Shown: positions 53,347 through 62,480 of the stretch, piece after piece | Numbering within the stretch: the first letter of the stretch is position 1 | Layout: each line of letters starts with the position of its first letter | Origin: Acidimicrobiales bacterium | GTDB taxonomy: Bacteria; Actinomycetota; Acidimicrobiia; Acidimicrobiales; Aldehydirespiratoraceae | Assembly (NCBI GenBank): GCA_965214945.1 | Contig: OZ244029.1 | Span: 1,420,868-1,484,867 of the forward strand | Direction of reading: 5' to 3' | DNA: 64,000 nucleotides | Notes under the pieces: generated by a model | What the model was told of the DNA's origin: nothing | Databases searched by the model: none | What the model saw: the letters and a program-made list of their open reading frames with translations, nothing else | Translations under genes and position numbers: made by a program

Positions 53347-54117
53347 TCACTGGGAAGGGCGTACCGTGATCCCCGCATCGGACAGGGCCGCCTTGGCCTC
53401 TGAGACGGTGTACTCCCCGTAGTGGAAGATGCTCGCGGCGAGCACCGCATCGGCGCCGCCTCGGGCGACGCCGTCGACGAGGTGCCTCAACACGCCCACG
53501 CCTCCGCTGGCGATGATCGGTATGCGAGTAGCCGCGGCAACTTTCGACGTGAGGTTGAGGTCGAAGCCCTCTTTGGTGCCGTCACGGTCCATCGAGGTGA
53601 GCAGAATCTCTCCTGCACCTAAACGCTCCGCCTCTGCGGCCCAGGCCACAGCGTCGATGCCTGTGCGGGTGCGCCCGCCGTGGGTAAACACCTCATACCC
53701 GCTGGGGGCCTCGTCGCAGGAGCGCGCGTCGATGGCTACCACGCAGCACTGCGCACCGAATTCTCTGCTGATCTCAGCCACGAGTTCGGGCCGACGCACC
53801 GCCGCTGTGTTGGCACTGACCTTGTCGGCGCCGGCGCGCAGCAGCTGACGGGCGTCTTCCACCGTGCGGATGCCTCCACCGATAGTGAAGGGTATGAACA
53901 CCTCTTCCGCCACAGCCCGTGCCATGGCGACCGTCGTGTTGCGCTGATCCGACGAGGCGGTGATGTCCAAGAACACGAGCTCGTCGGCACCCTGCTCGTC
54001 GTAGCGGGCGGCGAGCTCGACGGGGTCACCGGCGTCGCGGATGCCCACGAAATTTACGCCCTTGACGACACGGCCTGCGTCGACGTCCAGACAGGGGATC
54101 ACCCTCACTGCTCGCAC
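53347..54117 (-). CDS. hisF: Imidazole glycerol phosphate synthase cyclase subunit
   Basis: 256 aa. Blocks [27 protein letters not shown] and ASGG. Confidence 0.95.
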   Translation of the reverse strand: MRAVRVIPCLDVDAGRVVKGVNFVGIRDAGDPVELAARYDEQGADELVFLDITASSDQRNTTVAMARAVAEEVFIPFTIGGGIRTVEDARQLLRAGADKVSANTAAVRRPELVAEISREFGAQCCVVAIDARSCDEAPSGYEVFTHGGRTRTGIDAVAWAAEAERLGAGEILLTSMDRDGTKEGFDLNLTSKVAAATRIPIIASGGVGVLRHLVDGVARGGADAVLAASIFHYGEYTVSEAKAALSDAGITVRPSQ

Positions 54118-54119
54118 GC

Positions 54120-54887
54120 TCAGCTCCGCGCTCCCGAGCCCGCCAGGTCGGGCTCAGACAGAGCCGCCACGGCATCGGCGACGCTGAAGCGCCGCTCATA
54201 GAGGGCCTTGCCGACGATCACCCCGTCGAGACGGGCGACACCGTCAGCGCTGCGCAAGGCGGCTAGTGCTCTCAGATCGTCGAGGCTCGACACCCCGCCC
54301 GAAGCGATCACGCCTGCCGCGACGCCCGCGGTGTCGAGAATCTCGCTGAGGCCGCCAACGTCAGGGCCTTCGAGCATGCCGTCGCGGGCGATATCGGTCA
54401 CCACGAACGCGTCGACGCCGCAGTCCGCGAACGCGGTGGCTACATCTGTGACGGTTCGGCCAGTGCCTTTGAGCCACCCCTCGACAGCGACCTCGCCGGC
54501 TCGCGCATCCAGGCCGACCGCCACCCGGCGGCGGCGTGCCAGCGAGCGCACGAGATTCGGGTCTCTGAGAGCGGCTGTTCCTAGCACCAGCCGGCTTACG
54601 CCGGCCGCGAATAAGGCCTCTGCCGTATCCTCTGTGCGGATCCCTCCCCCGGCCTGTACCGGCACGTCCACAGCGGTGACTATCGCGGCCAAAGCAGCAG
54701 CATTGTCGGGCCGGCCCGAGCGGGCGCCATCGAGATCGACCACGTGAATCCAGTGAGCTCCGCCCGCCTCGAACTCGCAGGCCACCGCCACAGGATCTTC
54801 GCGGTAAACGGTCTTGGCGCCGTAGTCGCCTTGGCGCAACCGGACGCAGCGTCCTCCCAGGATGTCGACCGCGCAGAACAGCTTCAC
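54120..54887 (-). CDS. hisA: ProFAR isomerase (HisA; possibly PriA-type)
   Basis: Blocks [40 protein letters not shown] and ASGGV. The GTG at 54887 lies 7 nt after the hisH stop, whereas the track start at 55028 overlaps hisH. Confidence 0.88.
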   Translation of the reverse strand: MKLFCAVDILGGRCVRLRQGDYGAKTVYREDPVAVACEFEAGGAHWIHVVDLDGARSGRPDNAAALAAIVTAVDVPVQAGGGIRTEDTAEALFAAGVSRLVLGTAALRDPNLVRSLARRRRVAVGLDARAGEVAVEGWLKGTGRTVTDVATAFADCGVDAFVVTDIARDGMLEGPDVGGLSEILDTAGVAAGVIASGGVSSLDDLRALAALRSADGVARLDGVIVGKALYERRFSVADAVAALSEPDLAGSGARS

Positions 54888-54894
54888 AGCAGTC

Positions 54895-55554
54895 TCACAC
54901 TTGCGCCGCACTGCCGGCGAGGCCGCTGTGGGCGGCTGACGCGGACGCGAAGTTGGCCAGGATGCGCAGCCCGGTCGCGGACGACTTCTCCGGGTGGAAC
55001 TGAGCAGCCCAGACGTTGTCCCGGGCAACCGCCGCGACGACCGGGCCGCCGTAGTCGCAGTCGGCTATCACGTCGTCGCTGTCCTCGGGTGCCAGCGAGT
55101 GGACGAAGTAGACCCACGGGCTGTCACCCAGGCCCTGGAGCATGGGATGGTCACGGCGTCTGCGCAGCAGGTTCCACTGCATCTGAGGCCGCTTCACCTT
55201 GTCGTTCAGCCAGCGCACCCGCCGGTCGAATACGCCCAGACCGGACACGCCGGGCGCCTCTTCGGAACCCGCGAACAGCATCTGCATCCCTATGCAAATG
55301 CCCATGAAGGGCCGTTGAGACTCCACGGCGGCGAGCACCGCTTCGTCGAGACCTCTGCGGCGTAGTGCGGCCATGCACGGAGCGAAGGCACCGACGCCCG
55401 GAAGCACCACCCCGTCGGCGTCTTCGATGAGTCGGCGGTCGGCGGTCAGTCGGGCGTCGGCGCCGATGTGGCTGAAGCCCTTGTGAGCCGAGTGGAGGTT
55501 GCCGATGCCGTAATCAACGATCGCGATCAGCGGCGGCATGTCAAACGCCGTCAC
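54895..55554 (-). CDS. hisH: Imidazole glycerol phosphate synthase glutamine amidotransferase subunit
   Basis: 219 aa. Blocks IAIVDYGIGNLHS, LPGVGAF, GICIGMQML and QFHPEKS. Confidence 0.93.
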   Translation of the reverse strand: MTAFDMPPLIAIVDYGIGNLHSAHKGFSHIGADARLTADRRLIEDADGVVLPGVGAFAPCMAALRRRGLDEAVLAAVESQRPFMGICIGMQMLFAGSEEAPGVSGLGVFDRRVRWLNDKVKRPQMQWNLLRRRRDHPMLQGLGDSPWVYFVHSLAPEDSDDVIADCDYGGPVVAAVARDNVWAAQFHPEKSSATGLRILANFASASAAHSGLAGSAAQV

Positions 55555-55564
55555 GGAGTGACAC

Positions 55565-56155
55565 CTACAACGTGCCCTTCGTGGAAGGCAGCACTGTTCC
55601 CTCCACTTGGACCGCGTCTCGCAAAGCCCGGGCGATGCCTTTGAACGTCGCCTCGACGATGTGATGGGTATTGCGGCCCCGATGCATCACCACGTGAAGC
55701 GTGACAGCCGCCGCTACGGCGAAGGCTCGCAGGAACTCCTCAGCGAGCTGAGGATCGAACGGCGGGCGGCCGAGGATTTTCTCGCCGGGGAAGTCCACGT
55801 CATAATACAGGTAGGGCCTGCCCGACAGGTCGAGTACGACCTCAACGGCGGCTTCGTCGAGGGGCACAGTGACGCTCGCGAAACGCCGAACGCCCGCCTT
55901 GTCGCCCAGAGCAGACTTGAATGCCCGCCCCAGCACGATTCCCGTATCCTCCACGGTGTGATGGCTGTCCACCTCGAGATCGCCCACCGCGCGCACTGTA
56001 AGGTCGAAGCCTCCGTGGCGGCCGAGCTGCTCGAGCATGTGATCGAAGAACGGCAGCCCGGTTGACACGTCTGCGGTACCGCTGCCGTTCAAGTCGATGC
56101 TCAGCTCGATGCTCGTCTCCTTGGTGTTGCGCGACAGCGCAGCGGTTCGGCTCAT
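55565..56155 (-). CDS. hisB: Imidazoleglycerol-phosphate dehydratase
   Basis: 196 aa. Blocks RNTKETSIE, GLPFFDHML, DSHHTVEDTGI and NTHHIVEA. Confidence 0.95.
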   Translation of the reverse strand: MSRTAALSRNTKETSIELSIDLNGSGTADVSTGLPFFDHMLEQLGRHGGFDLTVRAVGDLEVDSHHTVEDTGIVLGRAFKSALGDKAGVRRFASVTVPLDEAAVEVVLDLSGRPYLYYDVDFPGEKILGRPPFDPQLAEEFLRAFAVAAAVTLHVVMHRGRNTHHIVEATFKGIARALRDAVQVEGTVLPSTKGTL

Positions 56156-56174
56156 GAGCGTCCTCCTCGGGATG

Positions 56175-57302
56175 TCACTTGAGTATGGCGGAGAGCGCGC
56201 TCAGGAATCGGTCGTTCTCTGCGGGCGTACCGACGGTCACGCGCAGACAGCCTCGCAGCCGGGGCCATGACGAGCAGTCGCGCACCAGCACCGAGCGCTC
56301 CACGAGCCGCTGCCAGACTTCGGCTCCGGAGAACCGCTTTGGACGGAACAGCACGAAGTTGGCGCCAGAGGGCCATACCTGTGCGGGCAGCTTGCCTAGG
56401 CCGGCCGTGAGCCGGGCCCGCTCTGCGACCGTGGCCTCGACGACTGCTGCCATGGCATCAGAATGGTCGAGGGCTGCAATGCCAGCAGCCTGCTTCACCG
56501 AGTCGAGGTGGTAAGGCAAGACCACTTTGAACAACTGGTCGACCACCCAGCTGGGCGCCACCAAGTAGCCGAGGCGGAGCGCCGCCATCGCCCAGGCTTT
56601 CGAGTACGTGCGTGTCACTGCCAGCGGGCAGTCGGGATCCGAAGCGAGAAACTCCAGTGCGCCACAGCGCGCGAATTCGCCGTAGGCCTCGTCGACACAC
56701 AGCAGTCCCCCCGCCGCCCGGACCGCGTCCAGCACCTCTGCCACCGTCTCGGGTCCGGTGAGGACGCCGGTGGGGTTGTCCGGCGAGCATAGGAAGGTCA
56801 CGGACGGTTTGGAGGTGGCGATCACCTCCGTTGCGGCACTCGCCTCCAAGGCGAAGTCGGCGCCGCGCTCACCCTGGCGCAGCGCGGCGCCGGTGACTCG
56901 GGTCAGGTGGCCGTGCATGGAATAAGTGGGCTCGAAGGTCACGACGGTGCGGCCCGGCCCGCCGTAGGCCAGCAGCAGGCTCTGAAGCACCTCGTTGGTG
57001 CCGTTGGCGACGAAGACGCACTCCGGGCCCACACCGTGGCGGGCCGCGATCCGCTGGCGCAGCTCCGTCGCCCGGCGGTCGGGGTAGCGGTTCCACTGCA
57101 CCGACAGCACAGCCTGCGCGACGGCCCGGGTGAACTCGGCCGGCGGAGAATAGGGGCTCTCGTTGGTGTTGAGGCGCACCTCCACATCGAGCTGCGGAGA
57201 GTGGTAGCCGGCCATCATGGCGATACTGTCGCGGGCCTGCACTAGCGGCTGCCCATGCGCTCCGCTCGCGGTTACCGCAGACCGTGCGGTGTTGGCGGTC
57301 AT
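56175..57302 (-). CDS. hisC: Histidinol-phosphate aminotransferase
   Basis: 375-aa class II aminotransferase. Blocks LNTNESPY, NGTNE, SPDNPTG, DEAYGEF and TYSKAW (PLP Lys). Confidence 0.92.
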   Translation of the reverse strand: MTANTARSAVTASGAHGQPLVQARDSIAMMAGYHSPQLDVEVRLNTNESPYSPPAEFTRAVAQAVLSVQWNRYPDRRATELRQRIAARHGVGPECVFVANGTNEVLQSLLLAYGGPGRTVVTFEPTYSMHGHLTRVTGAALRQGERGADFALEASAATEVIATSKPSVTFLCSPDNPTGVLTGPETVAEVLDAVRAAGGLLCVDEAYGEFARCGALEFLASDPDCPLAVTRTYSKAWAMAALRLGYLVAPSWVVDQLFKVVLPYHLDSVKQAAGIAALDHSDAMAAVVEATVAERARLTAGLGKLPAQVWPSGANFVLFRPKRFSGAEVWQRLVERSVLVRDCSSWPRLRGCLRVTVGTPAENDRFLSALSAILK

Positions 57303-58639
57303 TGCGCCTGATCAGACTTCAAGTCCGAAGCCGATCTCGTCTCGTCGGAGCGTCCCGACTCCTCCAGTCGGAGACGCACTGAGTCGGCATGAGCCGTCAG
57401 CCCTTCAGCGGTGGCCAGGGCGATCACATGCGGGGCCAGGCGTTCGAAGCCGGTCTGGTCGGCGCGTACGACATGCGTGCTCTTGATGAAGTCGCGCACA
57501 CTCAAAGCGCTGGCGAAGCGGGCTGTTCCGTTGGTGGGCAACACATGATTCGACCCAGCCGCGTAGTCACCCAGCGAGGCCGGCGCCCAAGGGCCGCAGA
57601 ACACTGCACCCGCGTTGCGCACCTCTGGCAACAAAGCGTCGGGATCGGCGACCATGAGCTCCAGATGCTCAGGCGCGACTTCGTTAACCACTTCCACAGC
57701 CTGCTCAGGCGAGGAGCACAGCACGCTGTGGCCGCAGGAGCGCAGCGTCGAGGCGATCTCGCGGCGGCGGTCGGCGGCGGCAGCGAGCCGGGCCACCTCG
57801 GCCTCCACAGCCTCGGCGGTGGCCTCGTCCCATGTGACCAGCCAGGCCAGACCGTCGGGGCCGTGTTCTGCCTGGAGGACCACGTCGGCAGCGGCGAAGA
57901 CCGCATCGGCGCTGCCATCGGCCATCACCACCGTCTCTGAAGGCCCCGCGAAGGCGGATGGCACACCGACGATCCCGGCCACCTCCCGCTGTGCGAGAGC
58001 CACCCATGCGCTGCCGGGGCCGACGATTACGTCCGCAGCCCGAACCGACTCCGTACCGTAGGCGAGCGCGGCGACTGCCTGGGCTCCGCCAACGGGGTGC
58101 ACCTCGCTCACACCGGCCGCGGCGGCCGCGGCCAACGTCACATCGGGGACGTGCCCGTCGACGCCGGGCGGCACGGTCAGGGCGATCTCTGCCACCCCGG
58201 CCACCCGGGCCGGCACGGACGTCATGATCACCGTGGAGGGGTAGACGGCACCGCCACCGGGCACGTAGCAACCGGCCCGGGCCACCGGACGGTGCCGTTC
58301 TTCCAGCACCACTCCACGGTCGGCGTAGCGGGTGTTGGTCGGCAGCTGGCGGCGATGGTAGGCCTCTACGTTGGCGACGGTCGCCTCCAGTGCGGCGGTC
58401 ACCTCGGCCGGTGTGCGGTCCGCAGCGGCGGCGATCTCATCCCGGCTCACCGTCAGGCGGTCGAGTTCCACCCCGTCGAAGCGCTTGGTGAACTCGAGCA
58501 GGGCCTCATCGCCGCGTTCTCGGACTTCGGCGATGATGGCGCGGACGGCCTCCACGGGGCCTTCGGTCACCGGGCGGGGCCGGGGCAAACGCTCGCCGAC
58601 CGGACCGACGAAGCCGCGAAGGTCGATGCGGCTGAGCAT
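57299..58639 (-). CDS. hisD: Histidinol dehydrogenase
   Basis: 446 aa. Blocks YVPGG.AVYPSTV, GGAQAVAALAYGT, QAEHGPD and SLGDYAAGSNHVLPT. Confidence 0.95.
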   Translation of the reverse strand: MLSRIDLRGFVGPVGERLPRPRPVTEGPVEAVRAIIAEVRERGDEALLEFTKRFDGVELDRLTVSRDEIAAAADRTPAEVTAALEATVANVEAYHRRQLPTNTRYADRGVVLEERHRPVARAGCYVPGGGAVYPSTVIMTSVPARVAGVAEIALTVPPGVDGHVPDVTLAAAAAAGVSEVHPVGGAQAVAALAYGTESVRAADVIVGPGSAWVALAQREVAGIVGVPSAFAGPSETVVMADGSADAVFAAADVVLQAEHGPDGLAWLVTWDEATAEAVEAEVARLAAAADRRREIASTLRSCGHSVLCSSPEQAVEVVNEVAPEHLELMVADPDALLPEVRNAGAVFCGPWAPASLGDYAAGSNHVLPTNGTARFASALSVRDFIKSTHVVRADQTGFERLAPHVIALATAEGLTAHADSVRLRLEESGRSDETRSASDLKSDQAQ

Positions 58640-58711
58640 TCCCTGAAACTACCGGAGCACCGGTGGGGTACGGCCTGGCATCAGCAGAGCAAACGGAACC
58701 CGCGGCGTCGG

Positions 58712-59352
58712 CTAGACGGTGCTAGACGGGCAGAAATCGTTGAGCACGCAGTCGTCGCAGCGAGGCCGGCGAGCGATGCACACGCGTCGGCCGTGAAGGA
58801 TCATCCGCAGGCTGAAGTCCCCCGCTCAGAAGCCCGGATCATAGGGTTGAGTTTTTTTTCTATCTTCACCGGATCGGTGGAGTCCGTCAATGCAAGCAGG
58901 TTGGAAAGGCGCGTCACGTGCGTGTCCACCGGCAGTCCCGGTAGCCCTAAGGCCACGCTGCGCACCACGTTGGCGGTCTTGCGGCCCACGCCCGGCAGGC
59001 GCACCAAGTCGGCCATGGCGGCGGGCACCTCCCCGCCGTAGTCCTCCACCAGCATTCGGGCCATTCCCACCAGATGCTTGGACTTGTTGCGGAACAGCCC
59101 GATGGTGCTCACGTAAGGCTGCACCTGCTCGGGCTCTGCCTCGGCCAGCGTCTCGGCGTCCGGGAAGCGGGCGAACAGCGCCGGCGTGGCTTTGTTGACA
59201 CCGACATCGGTGGCTTGCGCTGCCAGGATGGTGGCTGTGAGCAGCTCGAAAGGGCTCCGGAAGCTGAGTTCGCAGACCGCCTCGGGGTATTCCTCTGCGA
59301 GGCGACGGTGGGTCTCGCGGGCTCTCCCACGCGGCGAACGAGGTCGACCCAC
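58712..59352 (-). pseudogene. nth: Endonuclease III with a -1 frameshift before the 4Fe-4S cluster loop
   Basis: The 183-aa ORF (58801-59352) has the HhH-GPD core (LPGVGRKTANVV, VDTHV) and stops after ...[15 protein letters not shown]. The alternative frame continues with [35 protein letters not shown] and a stop at 58712. This gives the C-x6-C-x2-C-x5-C motif. One extra G in the G5 run (plus-strand C5, 58819-58823) would restore a single frame. Confidence 0.75.
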
Positions 59353-59379
59353 GGGCTCAGGCTAGCCGGTAGTCTCGCG

Positions 59380-60183
59380 GTGTTGCGTTATCAGCTGACA
59401 CTTCCCGACCACGAGGTAGTCGCCGCCGCGAACGCAGCACAAGCCGACACCGGGCGACAGGCTGCGGAGATCGTCGTTCCTGAGACCCGAGCAGCGGGCG
59501 AGCTGTCGGACATGCTCACATCAGCCCTCGACCGGCTCCGTCGCGGCCCGGCGCCCGACGGCCAACACACGGGCGGCCTCACCGGGACCGGCAGGCCTCA
59601 GTCAGGCGCTAGCGGCACTGCGCGTCTGTGGATCCGCGAAGTCGCCGACGGCGATGACGAAGTAGCCCTGGCACACGGCTTCAGGCCCTACCGCGACCTT
59701 TGGCAGCTCCGCTGCCGGCTGCCGCCGAACCAACCGTCGAACTTGCCCACACGGGCCTTCCGGGAGTCTGATATCGACGAGTTCGTCGCCGTGAACAACC
59801 GCTCATTCCATTGGCACCCGGAGCAGTCGGGGCTCACAGCCGATGCCGTGCACGAGCAGATGGCCGAGACGTGGTTCAACGCGGACGGGTTTCGCCTTCA
59901 TCATCGCGAAGGCCGCCTCGCGGGCTTCTGCTGGACGAAGATACACCGTGATGAGACGCCGCCTCTGGGCGAGATCTATGTGATCGCTATCGACCCGGAT
60001 TTTGCGGGTCGGGGTCTCGGCGGCCCCATGACACTCTCTGGACTGGAATGGCTAGCCGACCGGGGTCTGCGCACGGGCATGCTTTATGTGGAGTCCGACA
60101 ACCACCCCGCCAACGCGGTTTACCGCAGGATCGGCTTCCAGCATCATCACACCGACCGCGCCTACCGACTCGAGTTGCCCTAG
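59380..60183 (+). CDS. mshD: Mycothiol synthase (GNAT acetyltransferase)
   Basis: The C-terminal domain matches MshD blocks recalled from M. tuberculosis: VNNRSFHWHPEQSG, WFNADG, GFCWTKIH....LGEIYVIAIDP...GRGLG, LYVESDN and DRAYRL. A GTG at 59380 is proposed, since the track start at 59074 is antisense to nth. The N-terminal GNAT half looks short. Confidence 0.8.
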   Translation: MLRYQLTLPDHEVVAAANAAQADTGRQAAEIVVPETRAAGELSDMLTSALDRLRRGPAPDGQHTGGLTGTGRPQSGASGTARLWIREVADGDDEVALAHGFRPYRDLWQLRCRLPPNQPSNLPTRAFRESDIDEFVAVNNRSFHWHPEQSGLTADAVHEQMAETWFNADGFRLHHREGRLAGFCWTKIHRDETPPLGEIYVIAIDPDFAGRGLGGPMTLSGLEWLADRGLRTGMLYVESDNHPANAVYRRIGFQHHHTDRAYRLELP

Positions 60184-60257
60184 GACTGGTCTTTGCTGTG
60201 ATCCCGCGCGCGGGCGACGACCGCGTGCGGTAGGCGGTTCTGAGCGCCCATACTGAA

Positions 60258-60677
60258 GTGATGCCGCTTTCTGCCTCCACCAGCGTCTGGTTCAACGCGA
60301 ACCTGCCGCAGACGCTGTTCTTGGCTCAGATGCTCATGTACCTGCAGGGTGGTCTTCACGTACTGTTCGGCTTGTTCTTGGGCAGCGGTGTCTCGGGTCT
60401 GTTCGGTGCGGCGCTGTGGTATGTGGGCTACTGGCTGCTGGAAGGCCCGGGCAAGCTGGTAGCGGCCTTCGGCATCGCCAACCTCCGCCGGTGGGGCTTT
60501 TGGCTAGGCGTGGCAGCGGGCACCGCTCCTCTGGTGGTGAGGGTGGTGGCCGCAATCCTCGTGCTGCGCCTGGGGCCACTGACGCTGTACCCCATCGGCT
60601 TGATGTTCGACATCGCGCTTCTGGCGCTGCTGCTGCACACCCAGAGCCGCAGACACGTGCGCCACTGGCCTCGCTGA
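60258..60677 (+). CDS. Hypothetical 4-TM membrane protein
   Basis: 139-aa ORF with four hydrophobic segments and reasonable codon bias. No motif recognised. Confidence 0.5.
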   Translation: MMPLSASTSVWFNANLPQTLFLAQMLMYLQGGLHVLFGLFLGSGVSGLFGAALWYVGYWLLEGPGKLVAAFGIANLRRWGFWLGVAAGTAPLVVRVVAAILVLRLGPLTLYPIGLMFDIALLALLLHTQSRRHVRHWPR

Positions 60678-60726
60678 GCGATCGCTGCGGCTGCTCCGAC
60701 GACCCAGATGAGCCGGCCGCCTTCCC

Positions 60727-60794
60727 GCGGGCACACACGCCAAGCAGACGCATTACCCCAAAGCGGGCACACACGCCAAGCAGACGCATTACCC
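60727..60794. repeat. 36-bp-period tandem duplication (32/32 identical core) upstream of menG
   Basis: The core gcgggcacacacgccaagcagacgcattaccc occurs at 60727-60758 and again at 60763-60794. A-ending codons (aca, caa, gca, tta) in the only open frame argue that it is non-coding. Confidence 0.85.
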
Positions 60795-60815
60795 GAAGGT
60801 GCGCAGAAGCGCCGT

Positions 60816-61466
60816 GTGGTGCAGCAGATGTTTGATGACATCGCGCCTCGGTATGACCTGTTGAACCGCCTTCTGACGCTGCGCCTCGATGTGCGCTGGC
60901 GTCGTCACACCGTGCGGGATCTGAGGCTGCCGACGCGGTCCACGGTGGCCGACCTGGCGTGCGGCACGGGCGACTTCTGCCGAGAACTCACGGCCCAAGG
61001 CCATCGCGCCGTCGGCTTCGACCTGTCAATGGGCATGCTTCAGGCGGCTGCCTGCGCCGCGCCGCTAGTGCATTGCGATGTGCTGGCGCTGCCGCTACCG
61101 GCCAGTTCCGTGGACGGCGCTGTCAGCGGGTTTGCTCTACGCAATCTGGTGGGAGTGCCGCCATTGTTTGCCGAACTGGCTCGAGTGGTGCGACCCTGCG
61201 GTCGTATCGGATTGCTCGAAGTCGACGAGCCGTCGAACGCCGTGCTGCGCTGGAGCCACGGCCTGTACTTCCGCCGGGTCGTGCCCCTGGTCGGTGCCGT
61301 GCTATCAGACCGCGCCGCCTACCGATATCTTCCCCAGTCGGTGGCCTATCTGCCCTCGGCTCAAGATCTGAAGTCCGGCCTGGTCGAGGCCGGATTCGAC
61401 AACGTGGAGCACCGCCGGTTGACTGGCGGCATCGCCCAACTTCTCACTGCCACCCGCCGCCGCTGA
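60816..61466 (+). CDS. menG: Demethylmenaquinone methyltransferase (UbiE/MenG family)
   Basis: Blocks MFDDIAPRYDLLNRLLT, a SAM motif DLACGTGD and FALRN. The start is the GTG at 60816 or the ATG at 60828. The track start at 60708 would include the tandem repeat. Confidence 0.85.
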   Translation: MVQQMFDDIAPRYDLLNRLLTLRLDVRWRRHTVRDLRLPTRSTVADLACGTGDFCRELTAQGHRAVGFDLSMGMLQAAACAAPLVHCDVLALPLPASSVDGAVSGFALRNLVGVPPLFAELARVVRPCGRIGLLEVDEPSNAVLRWSHGLYFRRVVPLVGAVLSDRAAYRYLPQSVAYLPSAQDLKSGLVEAGFDNVEHRRLTGGIAQLLTATRRR

Positions 61467-61535
61467 ACGGCCTAGTAAGGGAGGCCCCCTCCCCCAGCGG
61501 CTGGCCATGTCACAGCACTACCTTACGGTTTATTC

Positions 61536-62480
61536 ATGAGCGAACCGATGTTCAATCCCACTGCCGTGACGCTCGGACAAGTAATGTTGCAGCCGGTGAC
61601 ACCTCAACTACAGCTTGCACAAGGGAGTTACCTGCGCCTCGACACGGGCTGGACCATGCCGCGGGGCGAACAGTCCGAGTCGGTGCTCATCTGCGGGTCT
61701 GCCGTCGACGGGCTTGACATGATCGCCGACCGGAGTGTGCGCACCGTGGTGACCTCGCCTCCCTATTGGTCGCTGCGCGATTACAACACGGTTGGGCAGA
61801 TCGGCCGAGATGACACCTTGTACGACTATGTCAAGAGTATTGTCATGATGTTCGACAAAGTGCGTCGAGTCCTGACCGACGACGGAACCGTGTGGCTCAA
61901 CATCGGCGACAGTTACACGTCGGGCAATCGGCGGTACCGGGCGCCAGACCGCAAGAACCGGGCCCGGGCCATGCGAACGCGCCCTGCCACCCCGGAGGGC
62001 CTCAAGCCCAAAGATCTGATCGGCGTGCCCTGGCGGTTGGCCTTCGCTTTACAGGACGCCGGCTGGTGGGTTCGGTCCGAGGTGATCTGGTACAAGCCGA
62101 ATGCCTACCCCGAGTCGGTACGCGACCGTCCCACCAAGGCGCATGAGAGCGTGTTCCTGCTGTCCAAGAGCAAGGACTACTACTACGATGTGAGCGCCGT
62201 GAAGGGTCCTAACGGCAGACGGCTGCGCACCCTGTGGGAGATCAACACCGAGCCGCGTCGACGCCAGGCAGGTGGAGTAGAAGACCATCCAGCCGTCATG
62301 CCGATGACGCTGGCCCGTCGCTGCATACGCCTCACCAGCCAGCCCGGGGACATCGTTCTCGACCCTTATGCGGGCTCAGGCACCACCCTGCTCGCCGCAC
62401 GGGAACTCGGCCGGCGCTGGGCCGGCATTGAGCTGAACCCGTCCTACGTAGCTCTCATCGAACGCCGCCTAGCCCAGTGA
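61536..62480 (+). CDS. Beta-class DNA methyltransferase, probably N4-cytosine specific (SPPY motif)
   Basis: 314 aa. Catalytic motif IV, TSPPYW, lies near the N-terminus. The SAM-binding motif I, DPYAGSGTT, lies near the C-terminus. This IV-to-I order defines the beta class, and S rather than D in xPPY is typical of m4C enzymes. GC content is somewhat lower than in the flanking genes. Confidence 0.85.
   Translation: MSEPMFNPTAVTLGQVMLQPVTPQLQLAQGSYLRLDTGWTMPRGEQSESVLICGSAVDGLDMIADRSVRTVVTSPPYWSLRDYNTVGQIGRDDTLYDYVKSIVMMFDKVRRVLTDDGTVWLNIGDSYTSGNRRYRAPDRKNRARAMRTRPATPEGLKPKDLIGVPWRLAFALQDAGWWVRSEVIWYKPNAYPESVRDRPTKAHESVFLLSKSKDYYYDVSAVKGPNGRRLRTLWEINTEPRRRQAGGVEDHPAVMPMTLARRCIRLTSQPGDIVLDPYAGSGTTLLAARELGRRWAGIELNPSYVALIERRLAQ

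Noticed and set aside
58640-58711. Histidine or tryptophan attenuator leader peptides upstream of hisD or trpE
   Set aside because: The 72-nt region upstream of hisD has no His-codon run or small ORF. trpE starts 14 nt after hisI, which leaves no room for a leader.
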